Below are positions 19,241-29,066 of a stretch of DNA of 64,000 nucleotides, piece by piece. The notes beneath the pieces were generated by a model, which saw only the letters and a program-made list of their open reading frames with translations, did not search any database and was not told the origin of the DNA. A program made the translations under genes and the position numbers. Each line of letters starts with the position of its first letter. Position 1 is the first letter of the stretch. The stretch lies in contig CAVYTU010000008.1 in assembly GCA_963771465.1 (NCBI GenBank), positions 64,001 through 128,000 on the forward strand, in the 5' to 3' direction. The stretch comes from an uncultured delta proteobacterium (GTDB lineage Bacteria; Desulfobacterota; Binatia; UBA9968).

Positions 19241-19762
19241 ATGGTTCGATTCGCAGCGTTTTCATTAGGGCTGGTTCTCGCTTTGTCAGTCTGGGTCGCC
19301 TGGCCACGAGCCGGCGCGGCGATCACCAACGGCGCAGTGGCACCGGACGTTGCCGGCGATCATTGGATTAATAGCAAGGCTCTGACCCTTGGCGAACTTA
19401 AAGGTCGCGTCGTGCTAGTGGAATTTTGGACCTACGGCTGAATCAACTGCCGCAATATTGTCCCGCAGTTGCGGGGTTGGCACGACAAGTATAAAACCAC
19501 CGGCTTGACCATCGTCGGCGTCCATTCGCCCGAGTTCCCGTGGGAGAAACCATTCGATAAAGTGAAAGAAGCGAGCGGCCGATTGGGCATAAAGTTCCCG
19601 GTCGTGCAGGACAACAATTTTGCTATATGGAAACGCTTTGGCGTGTGGGCCTGGCCGACAATCGTCGTGATCGACAAGAAAGGCGTTATCCGTTACAACC
19701 ACGTCGGTGAAGGCGCTTACGACAAGACTGAGTCGGTGATCAAACTACTACTTGCCCAATAG
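19241..19762 (+). CDS. Secreted thioredoxin-fold (DipZ/TlpA-like redoxin) selenoprotein with a UxxC active site
   Basis: The two listed ORFs 19241-19441 and 19469-19762 are in the same frame and separated only by TGA (19439-19441): VEFWTYG-U-INCRN corresponds to the DipZ FWTYSCINC motif; GVHSPEF and WAWPT downstream; signal peptide; GGAG RBS. Confidence 0.85.
19453..19479 (+). promoter_or_regulatory. Candidate bacterial SECIS element
   Basis: Starts 11 nt after UGA: CAAT/GTTG lower stem, CCCGC/GCGGG upper stem, apical loop AGTT 25 nt from UGA. Confidence 0.55.
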
Positions 19763-19819
19763 AGTTGACAGGCAATCTTTTCTTAGCGACCATGGTGGAT
19801 GAAATGAGGAACGACTAGC

Positions 19820-20785
19820 ATGCTGATCAAAAAACCGGAAGATATCAAAGCCGTCGAAATCACTTCTAAAGAACTCTATTTAAACCGCCGGCAATTCATC
19901 GCCTCGGCGCTCGGCGCCGGCGCGGCAATCGCTGGACTTGACTTAGTTGCAACGCCGGACGCGCACGCGCTTGATAAGTTGCCCAATGTGAAAAAAGGCC
20001 CGGCGGCCTATCACACGACGGAGAAGCTCAACTCGCTCAAAGACATCACCAGTTATAACAATTTCTACGAGCTCGGTGTCGACAAAGGTGATCCAGCCGA
20101 GAACGCAAAATATCTGATCACCAAACCTTGGAGTGTAGCCGTCGAAGGCGAGGTGAAAAAAGCCAAAACCTTCGCCGTCGAAGACATCATGAAGCTGGCG
20201 CCGCTCGAGGAGCGCGTTTACCGCATGCGCTGTGTCGAAGCTTGGTCGATGGTGATTCCCTGGATCGGTTTTCCGCTCAGCGCGTTGATCAAGCAAGTCG
20301 AGCCGACCAATAATGCGAAGTATATTCAGTTCGTCACTCTCGTCGATCCGAAACGCATGCCGGGGCAAAAACCGAGCGTCTTCGGTGGGTCCATCGAGTG
20401 GCCTTACGTCGAGGGACTACGCATGGACGAAGCGATGCATCCCCTGACGATATTATCAGTCGGTTTATATGGCGAAATCCTGCCGGCGCAAAACGGCGCG
20501 CCGCTGCGCTTAGTCGTGCCCTGGAAGTACGGCTTCAAAAGCATCAAGTCGATCGTTAAAGTACGCTTCATCGAGAAAGAACCACCGACTTCGTGGAACA
20601 AGATGCAGCCCCAGGAATACGGCTTCTATTCGAATGTAAATCCCGAAGTCGACCACCCGCGCTGGACGCAAGCCACCGAACGGCGCATCGGCGAGTTCCT
20701 GCGCCGAAAGACTTTGCCGTTCAACGGCTACGGCGAACACGTGGCGAGTATGTACAAAGGTATGGACCTGAAGAAATTCTACTGA
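19820..20785 (+). CDS. msrP: Protein-methionine-sulfoxide reductase catalytic molybdo-subunit
   Basis: Tat motif NRRQFI; YNNFYE; [14 protein letters not shown]; [13 protein letters not shown]; [11 protein letters not shown]. Confidence 0.95.
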   Translation: MLIKKPEDIKAVEITSKELYLNRRQFIASALGAGAAIAGLDLVATPDAHALDKLPNVKKGPAAYHTTEKLNSLKDITSYNNFYELGVDKGDPAENAKYLITKPWSVAVEGEVKKAKTFAVEDIMKLAPLEERVYRMRCVEAWSMVIPWIGFPLSALIKQVEPTNNAKYIQFVTLVDPKRMPGQKPSVFGGSIEWPYVEGLRMDEAMHPLTILSVGLYGEILPAQNGAPLRLVVPWKYGFKSIKSIVKVRFIEKEPPTSWNKMQPQEYGFYSNVNPEVDHPRWTQATERRIGEFLRRKTLPFNGYGEHVASMYKGMDLKKFY

Positions 20786-20788
20786 ACA

Positions 20789-20896
20789 AATGGAGAATGG
20801 ATAATGGAAAATTGATAATGTCGGACCGGAATAACACCTGATAATTAGGCTTCGCCGCTCCGATAATTCTCCATTATCCATTTTCAATTATCCATT
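20789..20896. repeat. Heptamer-periodic inverted repeat (AATGGAG/AATGGAT ... ATCCATT), copy 1
   Basis: Tandem 7-mers on the left arm and their complements on the right arm, between msrP and msrQ. Confidence 0.75.
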
Positions 20897-20901
20897 AACT
20901 C

Positions 20902-21537
20902 ATGCTTGCTTATCTCAAGCCGCTCGCCTTCCTAATCTGCCTCATCCCTCTCGGCCAATTGCTCTTCCGGGCGTACAATGATGATCTGGGCGCCAACCCG
21001 ATCGAAACGATCACCCGTTTCACCGGCTCGTGGTCGCTCTTCATATTGCTGGCAAGTTTGGCGGTAACGCCGCTCAGGCGCCTCACCGGCTGGAATGAAT
21101 TGATTCGCTACCGGCGCATGCTTGGGCTTTTCGCTTTCTCTTATGCCGCGCTGCATTTCGCCACTTATATGGTGCTCGACCTCTATTTCGATTTCAGCGC
21201 CATCGCCAAAGACATTCTCAAGCGGCCTTACATCACCGTCGGCTTCACGGCTCTGGTGTTGATGATTCCACTAGCGATAACTTCCAATGCAAAAATGATT
21301 CGCCGTCTAGGAAAACGTTGGCAGCAACTCCACTACCTCGTCTATCCCATCGCAATTCTCGGCGTGATTCATTTCTATTGGCTGGTGAAATCCGACATCA
21401 CGCGACCGGCCCAGTATGGACTGGTGCTCGCCTTGTTATTGGGCTTTCGCCTCTACCACAAATGGTCCGCTGCAGCGGCACCGCGACGCCGAGCGGTGCC
21501 CACCGTCACCGCCGGCCGCAAGGATCAAGCAGTTTAG
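20902..21537 (+). CDS. msrQ: Protein-methionine-sulfoxide reductase heme-binding membrane subunit
   Basis: LGANPIE, RRMLGLFAFSYAALH, KRPYITVG, WQQLHYLVY; follows msrP. Confidence 0.95.
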   Translation: MLAYLKPLAFLICLIPLGQLLFRAYNDDLGANPIETITRFTGSWSLFILLASLAVTPLRRLTGWNELIRYRRMLGLFAFSYAALHFATYMVLDLYFDFSAIAKDILKRPYITVGFTALVLMIPLAITSNAKMIRRLGKRWQQLHYLVYPIAILGVIHFYWLVKSDITRPAQYGLVLALLLGFRLYHKWSAAAAPRRRAVPTVTAGRKDQAV

Positions 21538-21575
21538 TCAATCGGGGTCGAGGATGGATATAGAGGAGGAATACC

Positions 21576-22196
21576 ATGAAAGCCTTAAAGACCTCGGCGA
21601 TACTTTGGCTTCTGCTATTTACGAGCGGTTGCGCAACATTCCAGGCTAACACCGAACTCTTCAAAGGCCGCACGGCGCTACTCCGAGGCAAACCGCTGGA
21701 AGCTATCCCTCATCTCGAACAAGCAACCACGCTCGACGGCACGATTGGACAATCCGACCTTCGGGAAAGCGGATGGACTTATCTGGGACGCGCTTATTAT
21801 GGGGCAAAGAAATATCCACAAGCGCGCCAAGCCCTCGAGCGAGCGATTGCCGCTAACGAGGACGACGGTTTCGCCAGACTTTACCTCGGGCTCACCTTGG
21901 CGCGACAGGACGACCACGACGCGAGCCGCAAGGCAGCGCTTCTTGGCTTGAAAGTTTTAAATGATGCGCTTGAGTTTATCGTCTACAACACCGCTGACGG
22001 TGTCTATTGGGATGCCAGCGGAAACTTGCGCAAAGAGCTAAGCAATGCACAGCGCGACGTGACTGCGGCCAACCCACGCTTAGACCACCTACTCGAACGT
22101 CTTGAAGCCCTCGGCGCCGCAGTCGAAGAGGAAATCGACTTAGCGCGTTTAGACAAGAGGCGTGATCACGATCACAGCGGCAGCGGCGACATGTAG
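21576..22196 (+). CDS. TPR-containing lipoprotein
   Basis: Lipobox TSGC; YLGRAYY...ARQALERAI TPR. Confidence 0.75.
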   Translation: MKALKTSAILWLLLFTSGCATFQANTELFKGRTALLRGKPLEAIPHLEQATTLDGTIGQSDLRESGWTYLGRAYYGAKKYPQARQALERAIAANEDDGFARLYLGLTLARQDDHDASRKAALLGLKVLNDALEFIVYNTADGVYWDASGNLRKELSNAQRDVTAANPRLDHLLERLEALGAAVEEEIDLARLDKRRDHDHSGSGDM

Positions 22197-22273
22197 GTTA
22201 GACACTCTTTTTAATCCCCAACTTTTCCATGCGCGAACGCAGGGTGCTCGGGTTGATAACGGGAGGAATCTCC

Positions 22274-22888
22274 ATGAAAGCCAAAAAACTCCTAGCGCCA
22301 ACCTGTTTATCGGCGCTGATCTATGTTTCCGGTTGCGGCGGCGTCGGAACCGACGTCCTCGCCGGGCGCAATGCATTGCAAACCGGCCGTCCCAAAGACG
22401 CGGTCGGTTACTTGACGCGCGCGGCAGAGATAGACCCAAGCTACAAGACGCCGTTTCGAATTCCCCAGGGCGTGCTCGGCTTTCTCGGCCGCGCCTACTA
22501 TGAAACCGGCAACGACGCCGAAGCGCGCAAGACGTTGGAACGAGCCGTGAGCCTCGACAAAGACGATCCCCTCGCCCGCGTTTACCTCGGTCTCACTTTG
22601 CTACGCAGCGGTGAGCGGGCGCGCGGCCGACAGGAAGTCGAGGGCGGCCTTAAAGCGATCGACGACACGCTGGAATACATCAACATGGACAGAGTGACAG
22701 GTTTTTACTGGGATCCTGGAGGGCAAATTCGCAGCGCCACCAAAAAAACTCTCGCCGCCAACCTGGACGACGCTCAACTGGCAGTAGCAGCAGAACGAAT
22801 CGCCATCGAGTTCGACGAAGAAATCGACAAAGCCCGACGTGACGAGGGACGTAGCCGTGGCGGTTCGGATAGCGGCGGCGCAAATTAG
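22274..22888 (+). CDS. TPR-containing lipoprotein (paralog of the upstream gene)
   Basis: GGAGG RBS; lipobox VSGC; FLGRAYY...ARKTLERAV; shared YWD.GG motif. Confidence 0.75.
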   Translation: MKAKKLLAPTCLSALIYVSGCGGVGTDVLAGRNALQTGRPKDAVGYLTRAAEIDPSYKTPFRIPQGVLGFLGRAYYETGNDAEARKTLERAVSLDKDDPLARVYLGLTLLRSGERARGRQEVEGGLKAIDDTLEYINMDRVTGFYWDPGGQIRSATKKTLAANLDDAQLAVAAERIAIEFDEEIDKARRDEGRSRGGSDSGGAN

Positions 22889-23039
22889 CTTTTCCACCGA
22901 TGGCGGCTACGCATCTTATGGCAAAGCGCAGGCATCTAAGAGCCGATACCCGGAAACTAGCGATCAATCGTCATCGAAACGAAACACAAGGGTAACCATG
23001 CTGGATTATAAATCTGCTCATGAAGTCGAGGACACCAGC

Positions 23040-24000
23040 ATGATTAACCGTAAGCCGAACGCGACAGCCGACACTCGGAACCGAGAGTGGGCGGTTATCC
23101 TTGCCGGGGGCGACGGCACCCGGCTGAAATCTCTCACTCGGCATATCTCCGGTGATGAGCGTCCCAAACAGTTCTGTTCAGTCCTCAGCCACCAGACGTT
23201 ATTGCAGGAAACCCAACTGAGATCCGGGTTAGAACTGGCGCGGGAACGAACCCTTTATGTCGTCAATCGCACCCACGAACATTATTACGCGCCGACACTC
23301 GGCGACGAGGCCGCCGACAACTTAGTGGCGCAGCCAAGCAATCGCGGTACCGCGCCGGCGATTCTCTACAGTCTACTGCGCATCGCCGCACGCGATTCGA
23401 AAGCGGTCGTGGCATTTTTTCCGTCCGATCATTACATCTCTGATAACCGAAAATTCATGGCGCATATTCGCACCGCCCTCGACACCGCGCGCCAACGGCG
23501 CGACCTCGTCGTGCTCCTCGGTTTGCAACCGGAAAGTCCCGAGGTCGAATACGGTTGGATCGAACCGGCGCAGCCGATTCAGTGATCAGGGCACAGTATT
23601 CGGCGTGCGCCGCTTCTGGGAAAAACCGAACAGGATGCTCGCGCAAGTGCTGCAACTACGCGGTTGCCTATGGAACAGTTTTGTCATGGTCGCCTCGGTG
23701 CGGGCGCTGCTGGAAATCATCGAGAGCGCCATCCCCGAGCTCTACCGCTCATTTGCTTGCCTGACCGCGCTGTTTGGCACTTCGGCCGAAGTGAAAGCCA
23801 TCGATCAGCTCTACGGTCGTCTCCAAGAAGTAAATTTTTCCCATCAAGTGCTCGCGCTCAAACCCGAAAGCCTCGCCGTGCTCAAGGTCACCGGCGTGCG
23901 CTGGAACGATCTCGGCGAACCGAAGCGAGTCATGGCATCCCTCGACATGGCCGGCCTTCGGCCCGGTTGGGCCAAAGCCGGCGTGCCCCAGTTCGCCTAG
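23040..24000 (+). pseudogene. Mannose-1-phosphate guanylyltransferase-like sugar-phosphate nucleotidyltransferase, frameshifted near 23580
   Basis: ILAGGDGTRL...PKQF, NRGTAPAI, FPSDH, EYGWIEP in one frame; VRRFWEKP, LWNSFV, WNDLG in the +1 frame. Confidence 0.8.
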
Positions 24001-24149
24001 CCGCCACAGCTCCAGAACTCCGCGGTCAGCATCCCGCGATCAGCGCATGGCCGATGGGTAGTGGTTCTGATCGCTAATTTGTCGTTTCGCCAATTCGCTG
24101 ATTCCATCCATTCGTCAAATCCTGGATCACAAGCGGAACAGTTTGATAT

Positions 24150-24713
24150 TCATGGCTTGCCGCTCTTCGGAATAAACTTTAGCGCCACACCATTATTGCA
24201 CCAGCGTTTGCCGGTCGGCTGCGGCCCGTCGTTGAAGACATGGCCGTGATGGCCGCCGCAGCGGGCGCAGTGGTATTCGTTGCGCGGTAAAATTAATTTA
24301 AAGTCCGTGCTGATGCCAAAGGCGCCAGGAATCGCCGCGAAGAAACTCGGCCAGCCTGTGCCGCTTTCGTATTTCATCTCCGACGTAAAAACCGGCAGGC
24401 CGCAACCGGCGCAAGTAAAAACCCCCTGCCGCTTTTCATTATTGAGGGGGCTTGAACCGGGCGGCTCCGTGCCTTCCTCGCGGAGAACATGAAACTGATT
24501 CGCGTCCAAGCGCTTGCGCCATTCTTCCTTCGATAGTTTAAGTTGTTCAGTCGGCACAGGCACTTTTACTCCGTCAGGCAGCAGCACCTTCCAGTTTTTC
24601 TGCAACGCCTCCACTTCCTTCATCGACGCCGGCTCCGCGGCCGATAGCAGTCCCTTTAACGCCGACCAAATCCCGCCCGCCAACAATCCCTCTAATAATC
24701 CACGTCTCGTCAT
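24150..24713 (-). CDS. msrB: Peptide-methionine (R)-S-oxide reductase with Tat-like signal peptide
   Basis: GTEPP, CAGC/CARC Zn motifs, KYESGTGWPSF, HHGHVFNDGP, RWCNNG; N-terminal TRRGLL. Confidence 0.93.
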   Translation of the reverse strand: MTRRGLLEGLLAGGIWSALKGLLSAAEPASMKEVEALQKNWKVLLPDGVKVPVPTEQLKLSKEEWRKRLDANQFHVLREEGTEPPGSSPLNNEKRQGVFTCAGCGLPVFTSEMKYESGTGWPSFFAAIPGAFGISTDFKLILPRNEYHCARCGGHHGHVFNDGPQPTGKRWCNNGVALKFIPKSGKP

Positions 24714-24910
24714 GGTCGTCTCCTTTGGTACTTAGTTGGCCGGCTGCCTCAACTCGTTTCGGTCGACTCCACTATGCATCCCTTACTGTGCGCCACGCGT
24801 TTAATTAAGCAAGAACCGCTTTGGCAAATAGGAATTCGACCGTCTTTTTTACAACCGCCGAAACAATTGGCCCGTTGACAGTGCGCCACATTTTCCGATA
24901 CTTGGCAATT

Positions 24911-26302
24911 ATGGCGTCACAATTCGTTTCAGTCAAAAATGCGTTTAACTTATCGCTCGGCAGCGAAATCATCCTGCGCGGTTGGGTGCGTTCACGGCGC
25001 GATTCTAAAGGCATCACGTTCATCGAACTCAACGATGGCTCGCGCTTCAAAAGTATGCAGCTAGTGGTTGACGCGGGCATTATTCCTGACGACACCATCA
25101 AGCAAATCACCACCGGCAGCAGCTTGGCTGCCACGGGCGTGCTCGTCGAGTCGCCGGCAAAAGGGCAAGCGGTGGAACTGAAGGTCGCCGCGATTGAAAT
25201 CTACGGCGGCGCCGATGCGGCCACTTACCCGCTGCAGAAAAAAGGCCACACGCTGGAGTTTCTTCGCGAGATTTCTCATCTTAGAGTTCGCAGCAATACC
25301 TTTGGCGCTGCCTTCCGCGTGCGCAATGCGCTGACCCACGCGATCCACAGTTTTTTTCAGCAGCGCGATTTTATCTACGTGCAGACACCGATCATCACGA
25401 CTTCGGATTGCGAAGGCGCCGGTCAAATGTTCGGCGTGACGACGTTGAACTTGCAGCAGCCGCCCCACGCGGCCGACGGCAAAGTCGACTGGCAGCAGGA
25501 TTTCTTCGGCAAGCCGGCGTTTCTCACCGTCAGCGGCCAGCTCGAAGGAGAAATTTTCGCCCTGGCTTTTTCCAAGATCTACACCTTCGGCCCGACCTTT
25601 CGCGCCGAGAACAGCAATACGCCGCGCCATCTGGCGGAGTTTTGGATGATCGAGCCGGAGATGGCCTTCTACCAACTCGAAGACAACATGGAGTTGGCTG
25701 AAGAATTTCTCAAATACACCATCCGCTATGTGCTCGATCATTGCCGCGAGGATTTGGAATTCTTCAATCAGTTCATCGAGAAGTCGGTGCTGGCCACCCT
25801 GGAGCATGTCGCCGAGTCGAAGTTCGGCCACATTACCTACACCGACGCGATTACCGAATTGAAAAAATCCGGCAAGGCGTGGGAGTTTCCCGTCGAGTGG
25901 GGCGCCGACTTGCAGACCGAACACGAACGGTTCTTGTCCGAGGAGATTTTTAAAAAACCGGTGATCGTTACCGACTACCCGAAGGACATCAAGCCTTTTT
26001 ACATGCGCGTCAACGACGACGGCAAAACCGTCCGGGCCATGGATGTGTTGGTGCCGCGCGTCGGCGAAATCATCGGCGGCAGCCAGCGCGAAGAGCGCCA
26101 CGACATTTTGTTAGAGCGTTTACGCGCCAGCGGCTTGGACGAAAAGCCTTACTGGTGGTATCTCGATCTGCGCCGTTACGGCTCCGTTCCCCACGCCGGC
26201 TTCGGCCTCGGCCTCGAACGCATGATGATGTATCTCACCGGCCTCAAGAACATCCGCGACGTCATCCCGTTTCCACGGACACCGGGAAATGCCGAATTCT
26301 AG
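24911..26302 (+). CDS. asnS: Asparagine--tRNA ligase
   Basis: [49 protein letters not shown]. Confidence 0.96.
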   Translation: MASQFVSVKNAFNLSLGSEIILRGWVRSRRDSKGITFIELNDGSRFKSMQLVVDAGIIPDDTIKQITTGSSLAATGVLVESPAKGQAVELKVAAIEIYGGADAATYPLQKKGHTLEFLREISHLRVRSNTFGAAFRVRNALTHAIHSFFQQRDFIYVQTPIITTSDCEGAGQMFGVTTLNLQQPPHAADGKVDWQQDFFGKPAFLTVSGQLEGEIFALAFSKIYTFGPTFRAENSNTPRHLAEFWMIEPEMAFYQLEDNMELAEEFLKYTIRYVLDHCREDLEFFNQFIEKSVLATLEHVAESKFGHITYTDAITELKKSGKAWEFPVEWGADLQTEHERFLSEEIFKKPVIVTDYPKDIKPFYMRVNDDGKTVRAMDVLVPRVGEIIGGSQREERHDILLERLRASGLDEKPYWWYLDLRRYGSVPHAGFGLGLERMMMYLTGLKNIRDVIPFPRTPGNAEF

Positions 26303-26345
26303 CGTAACCTCCGCGATCTCAGCGCTCGATGAGAAAACCTAATCT

Positions 26346-26425
26346 CACCACGAAGATCACGAAGCACACGAAGGGTTCGGATAGTTAATACTCCTAACTT
26401 CGTGCTCTTCGTGTCCTTCGTGGTG
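26346..26425. repeat. Nonamer-periodic inverted repeat (CACGAAG x3 ... CTTCGTG x3)
   Basis: CACCACGAAGATCACGAAGCACACGAAG ... CTTCGTGCTCTTCGTGTCCTTCGTGGTG; related copy at about 8549-8607. Confidence 0.8.
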
Positions 26426-26469
26426 AAAACCTTCTTTCGTATTAGGTCCCTACTTCAACATTCTGCACC

Positions 26470-27705
26470 ATGGCATTCTCGCTTCATCTCAACCCCACCG
26501 CCCGCGGTCTCATCACGCTCTACACCAGCACGATGCTGGCCGGCATGTGGGCGATGGTCGTGCCGACGATTCCGGCTCTGGCGACGAGTTTTGCGATCTC
26601 GCCGGGCACCGCGGCGCAGCTCGTCACGGCGCTCTCCGTGGGAAGATTCGCCGGCATGCCGATCAGCGGTTTTCTCTTGGATCGCTTCGGTGCACGCACG
26701 GCGCTGATCGCCGGGCCGCTCATGGCGTGCGCGGCGGCGCTGGTCGCCGCGGTCATGCCTTGGTTCACACTGATTCTAGTCGCAGTGTTTCTCATCGGCG
26801 TCGCCGACAGCATCTGGGTAATCGCCCGGGAGATCGCCGGTGTCGATTTGGTCCGGCTCGATCAACGCGGCCGTGTGCTCAGCGGTTTTCATGGCGTCAA
26901 TTATCTTGGCCTCGCCTTCGGCCCACTGATCGGCGGATTCTTAACCGAGCAGCTGGGCTTCAGAGCCGTATTCATCGCCTACGCGGCATGCGCGGCGCTC
27001 TCCGCCGTTCTCGGCGGGGCGGTAACGAACCTGCCGCACGCAAACACGCCGGCGATTGGCGCTGCAAGCGTACGAGGATGGAAGGTATCGGCGATCAAAC
27101 AGCGACTGATTGGCATGCGCGACCTTTTCTATCAGATCGCCCCGGAACTGCGCGCCACCTATGCGGTGCTGGTGCTGGCGACCTTTACCAGCTTCGCCCA
27201 TCGCGTCACCACCCAAAGCATCCTGCCGGTTTTTGCCAGCGTCGTGCTTAACATGACGCCGAAAGAAATCGGTTTACTGTTCACGATCTCCGGCTTGTCG
27301 GTGTTCGTCATGATTCTCCCCGCCGGTTTTGTCATCGACAAAGTCGGTCGCAAATGGGCCACGGTGCCGAGCACGGGCATTCCCGCCATCGCGTTTTTGC
27401 TCATTCCATTTGCGAATTCATTTCTGCAGCTGGCGATCTTACTGTCATTTTTGGGCATCGCAAACGGACTTTCGCTCGGCTCTTTGGCGACATCGACCTA
27501 CGACGTCGTTCCGGACCACGCCCGCGGGCGGCTGCAAGCGGCACGCCGCACCATCGCCGAGATCGGCGGCATCAGTGCGCCGCTCTTCGGCGGCCTGCTC
27601 GCCGACGAATTCAATCCCGGCGTCCCCTTCCTCGCCTACGCGCCGGTGTTGATTTTGTCGGCACTCCTGCTGGCTTGGGTGGCGCGTGAAACGATTCAGA
27701 AATAA
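26470..27705 (+). CDS. MFS transporter
   Basis: GFLLDRFGAR and GFVIDKVGRK motifs; about 12 TM segments. Confidence 0.87.
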   Translation: MAFSLHLNPTARGLITLYTSTMLAGMWAMVVPTIPALATSFAISPGTAAQLVTALSVGRFAGMPISGFLLDRFGARTALIAGPLMACAAALVAAVMPWFTLILVAVFLIGVADSIWVIAREIAGVDLVRLDQRGRVLSGFHGVNYLGLAFGPLIGGFLTEQLGFRAVFIAYAACAALSAVLGGAVTNLPHANTPAIGAASVRGWKVSAIKQRLIGMRDLFYQIAPELRATYAVLVLATFTSFAHRVTTQSILPVFASVVLNMTPKEIGLLFTISGLSVFVMILPAGFVIDKVGRKWATVPSTGIPAIAFLLIPFANSFLQLAILLSFLGIANGLSLGSLATSTYDVVPDHARGRLQAARRTIAEIGGISAPLFGGLLADEFNPGVPFLAYAPVLILSALLLAWVARETIQK

Positions 27706-27849
27706 GCCAATCGTTCGCTGCGCAGGAAAACTGCCGCATGCTCATCGCGCAGAATCAGCACCAAGTGCCAGTGCTTCGCCGAATAGCCTGGATAGATTTC
27801 CGGCCAATTTCCACTATAATAGCGCCATCCAAATTCAAGTAGAAAATTC

Positions 27850-28929
27850 ATGAAGTACCAAACCGACGATCTGCGAATCCAGGAGATCAAAGAACTACTG
27901 CCGCCGGCGAGTTTGCTCGCCGATTTTCCGATCACCGACAGAGCCGCCAAGACCGTATTCGAGACGCGCCAAGCGATTCACCGTATCCTGCACGGCGCGG
28001 ACGACCGGCTGCTGGTGATCATGGGGCCTTGCTCGATCCACGACGTCAAAGCCGCGAAGGAATATGCGGCCCGATTGAAAGACGCCAAAGAGCGTTCGGC
28101 CGCCGACCTGTTAGTCACGATGCGCGTCTATTTTGAAAAACCGCGCACCACCGTAGGATGGAAAGGCCTGATCAACGATCCCAATCTCGACGGCAGCTTT
28201 CGGATTAACGAAGGGCTGCGCGTCGGCCGCCAGCTGCTGCTCGAGCTCAATGAAAGCGGCATGCCGGCGGGCTGCGAGTTTCTCGACATGATCACGCCGC
28301 AATACATCGCCGACCTGGTATCCTGGGGCGCCATCGGCGCGCGCACCACGGAAAGCCAGGTGCACCGCGAGCTCGCCTCGGGCCTCTCGTGCCCGGTGGG
28401 ATTTAAAAACGGCACCGACGGCAACGTGCGCATCGCCATGGACGCGATCCGCGCGGCGCAAGCGCCGCATCATTTTTTATCGGTCACCAAAGACGGCCAC
28501 TCGGCGATCGTGGCAACCTTGGGCAACGAGGACTGCCACATCATCTTGCGCGGCGGCAATCAGCCCAACTACGACGCCGCCAACGTCAATGCGACGGCCA
28601 AGAGTTTGGCCGAATCCGGTATACCCGCGCGCATCATGATCGATTGCAGCCATGGCAACAGCGGCAAAGAGCCGGCCAAACAAGTGAGCGTCGGCCAAAA
28701 CGTGGCCGGGCAAATCGCCGCCGGCGACCCACGCATTTTCGGTCTCATGGTCGAAAGCCACCTCAAAGCCGGACGACAAGATTTGCTCCCCGGGAAACCA
28801 CTCGTCTACGGCCAAAGTATCACCGATGCTTGCGTCGGCTGGGAAGACAGCCGCAACTTGATCGATACTCTCGCCGACGCCGCGCGCCAACGCCGGCTCA
28901 AAGCCGCAGAGAATGGCGAAGCGGAATAA
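27850..28929 (+). CDS. aroG: 3-deoxy-7-phosphoheptulonate (DAHP) synthase, class I alpha
   Basis: GPCSIHD, MRVYFEKPRTTVGWKGLINDP, IGARTTESQVHRE, DCSHGNS, YGQSITDAC. Confidence 0.93.
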   Translation: MKYQTDDLRIQEIKELLPPASLLADFPITDRAAKTVFETRQAIHRILHGADDRLLVIMGPCSIHDVKAAKEYAARLKDAKERSAADLLVTMRVYFEKPRTTVGWKGLINDPNLDGSFRINEGLRVGRQLLLELNESGMPAGCEFLDMITPQYIADLVSWGAIGARTTESQVHRELASGLSCPVGFKNGTDGNVRIAMDAIRAAQAPHHFLSVTKDGHSAIVATLGNEDCHIILRGGNQPNYDAANVNATAKSLAESGIPARIMIDCSHGNSGKEPAKQVSVGQNVAGQIAAGDPRIFGLMVESHLKAGRQDLLPGKPLVYGQSITDACVGWEDSRNLIDTLADAARQRRLKAAENGEAE

Positions 28930-28933
28930 AGAC

Positions 28934-29029
28934 AATGGAGAATGGAAAATTGATAATGGAGAATGTCGGAAGACCGTATCTGAAATCATATCCCCATAAT
29001 CGCATTCTCAATTCATCCGATCATCCATT
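28934..29029. repeat. Heptamer-periodic inverted repeat, copy 2
   Basis: AATGGAGAATGGAAAATTGATAATGGAGAATG ... CATTCTCAATT...ATCCATT. Confidence 0.7.
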
Positions 29030-29066
29030 TGGTCATTTTCCCGCCTGTGTTCATAGTCTAAGTCCC

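Noticed and set aside
20789-20896. Periodic repeats as a CRISPR array
   Set aside because: Units are 7-9 nt and inverted, with no 25-40 nt direct repeats separated by spacers and no cas genes.
23583-23585. TGA as a second selenocysteine codon
   Set aside because: Downstream homology is in a different frame and the position is not a conserved Cys; this is a frameshift.
25061-26101. Long antisense ORFs (also 7391-8290, 8581-9423, 32874-33758, 34367-35221, 5661-6377)
   Set aside because: Shadow frames of well-supported genes in GC-rich DNA, with no recognisable motifs.
28644-29066. 560-aa MFS with a long N-terminal extension
   Set aside because: The extension overlaps the DAHP synthase and a repeat; the paralog at 31461 indicates a start at 29067.
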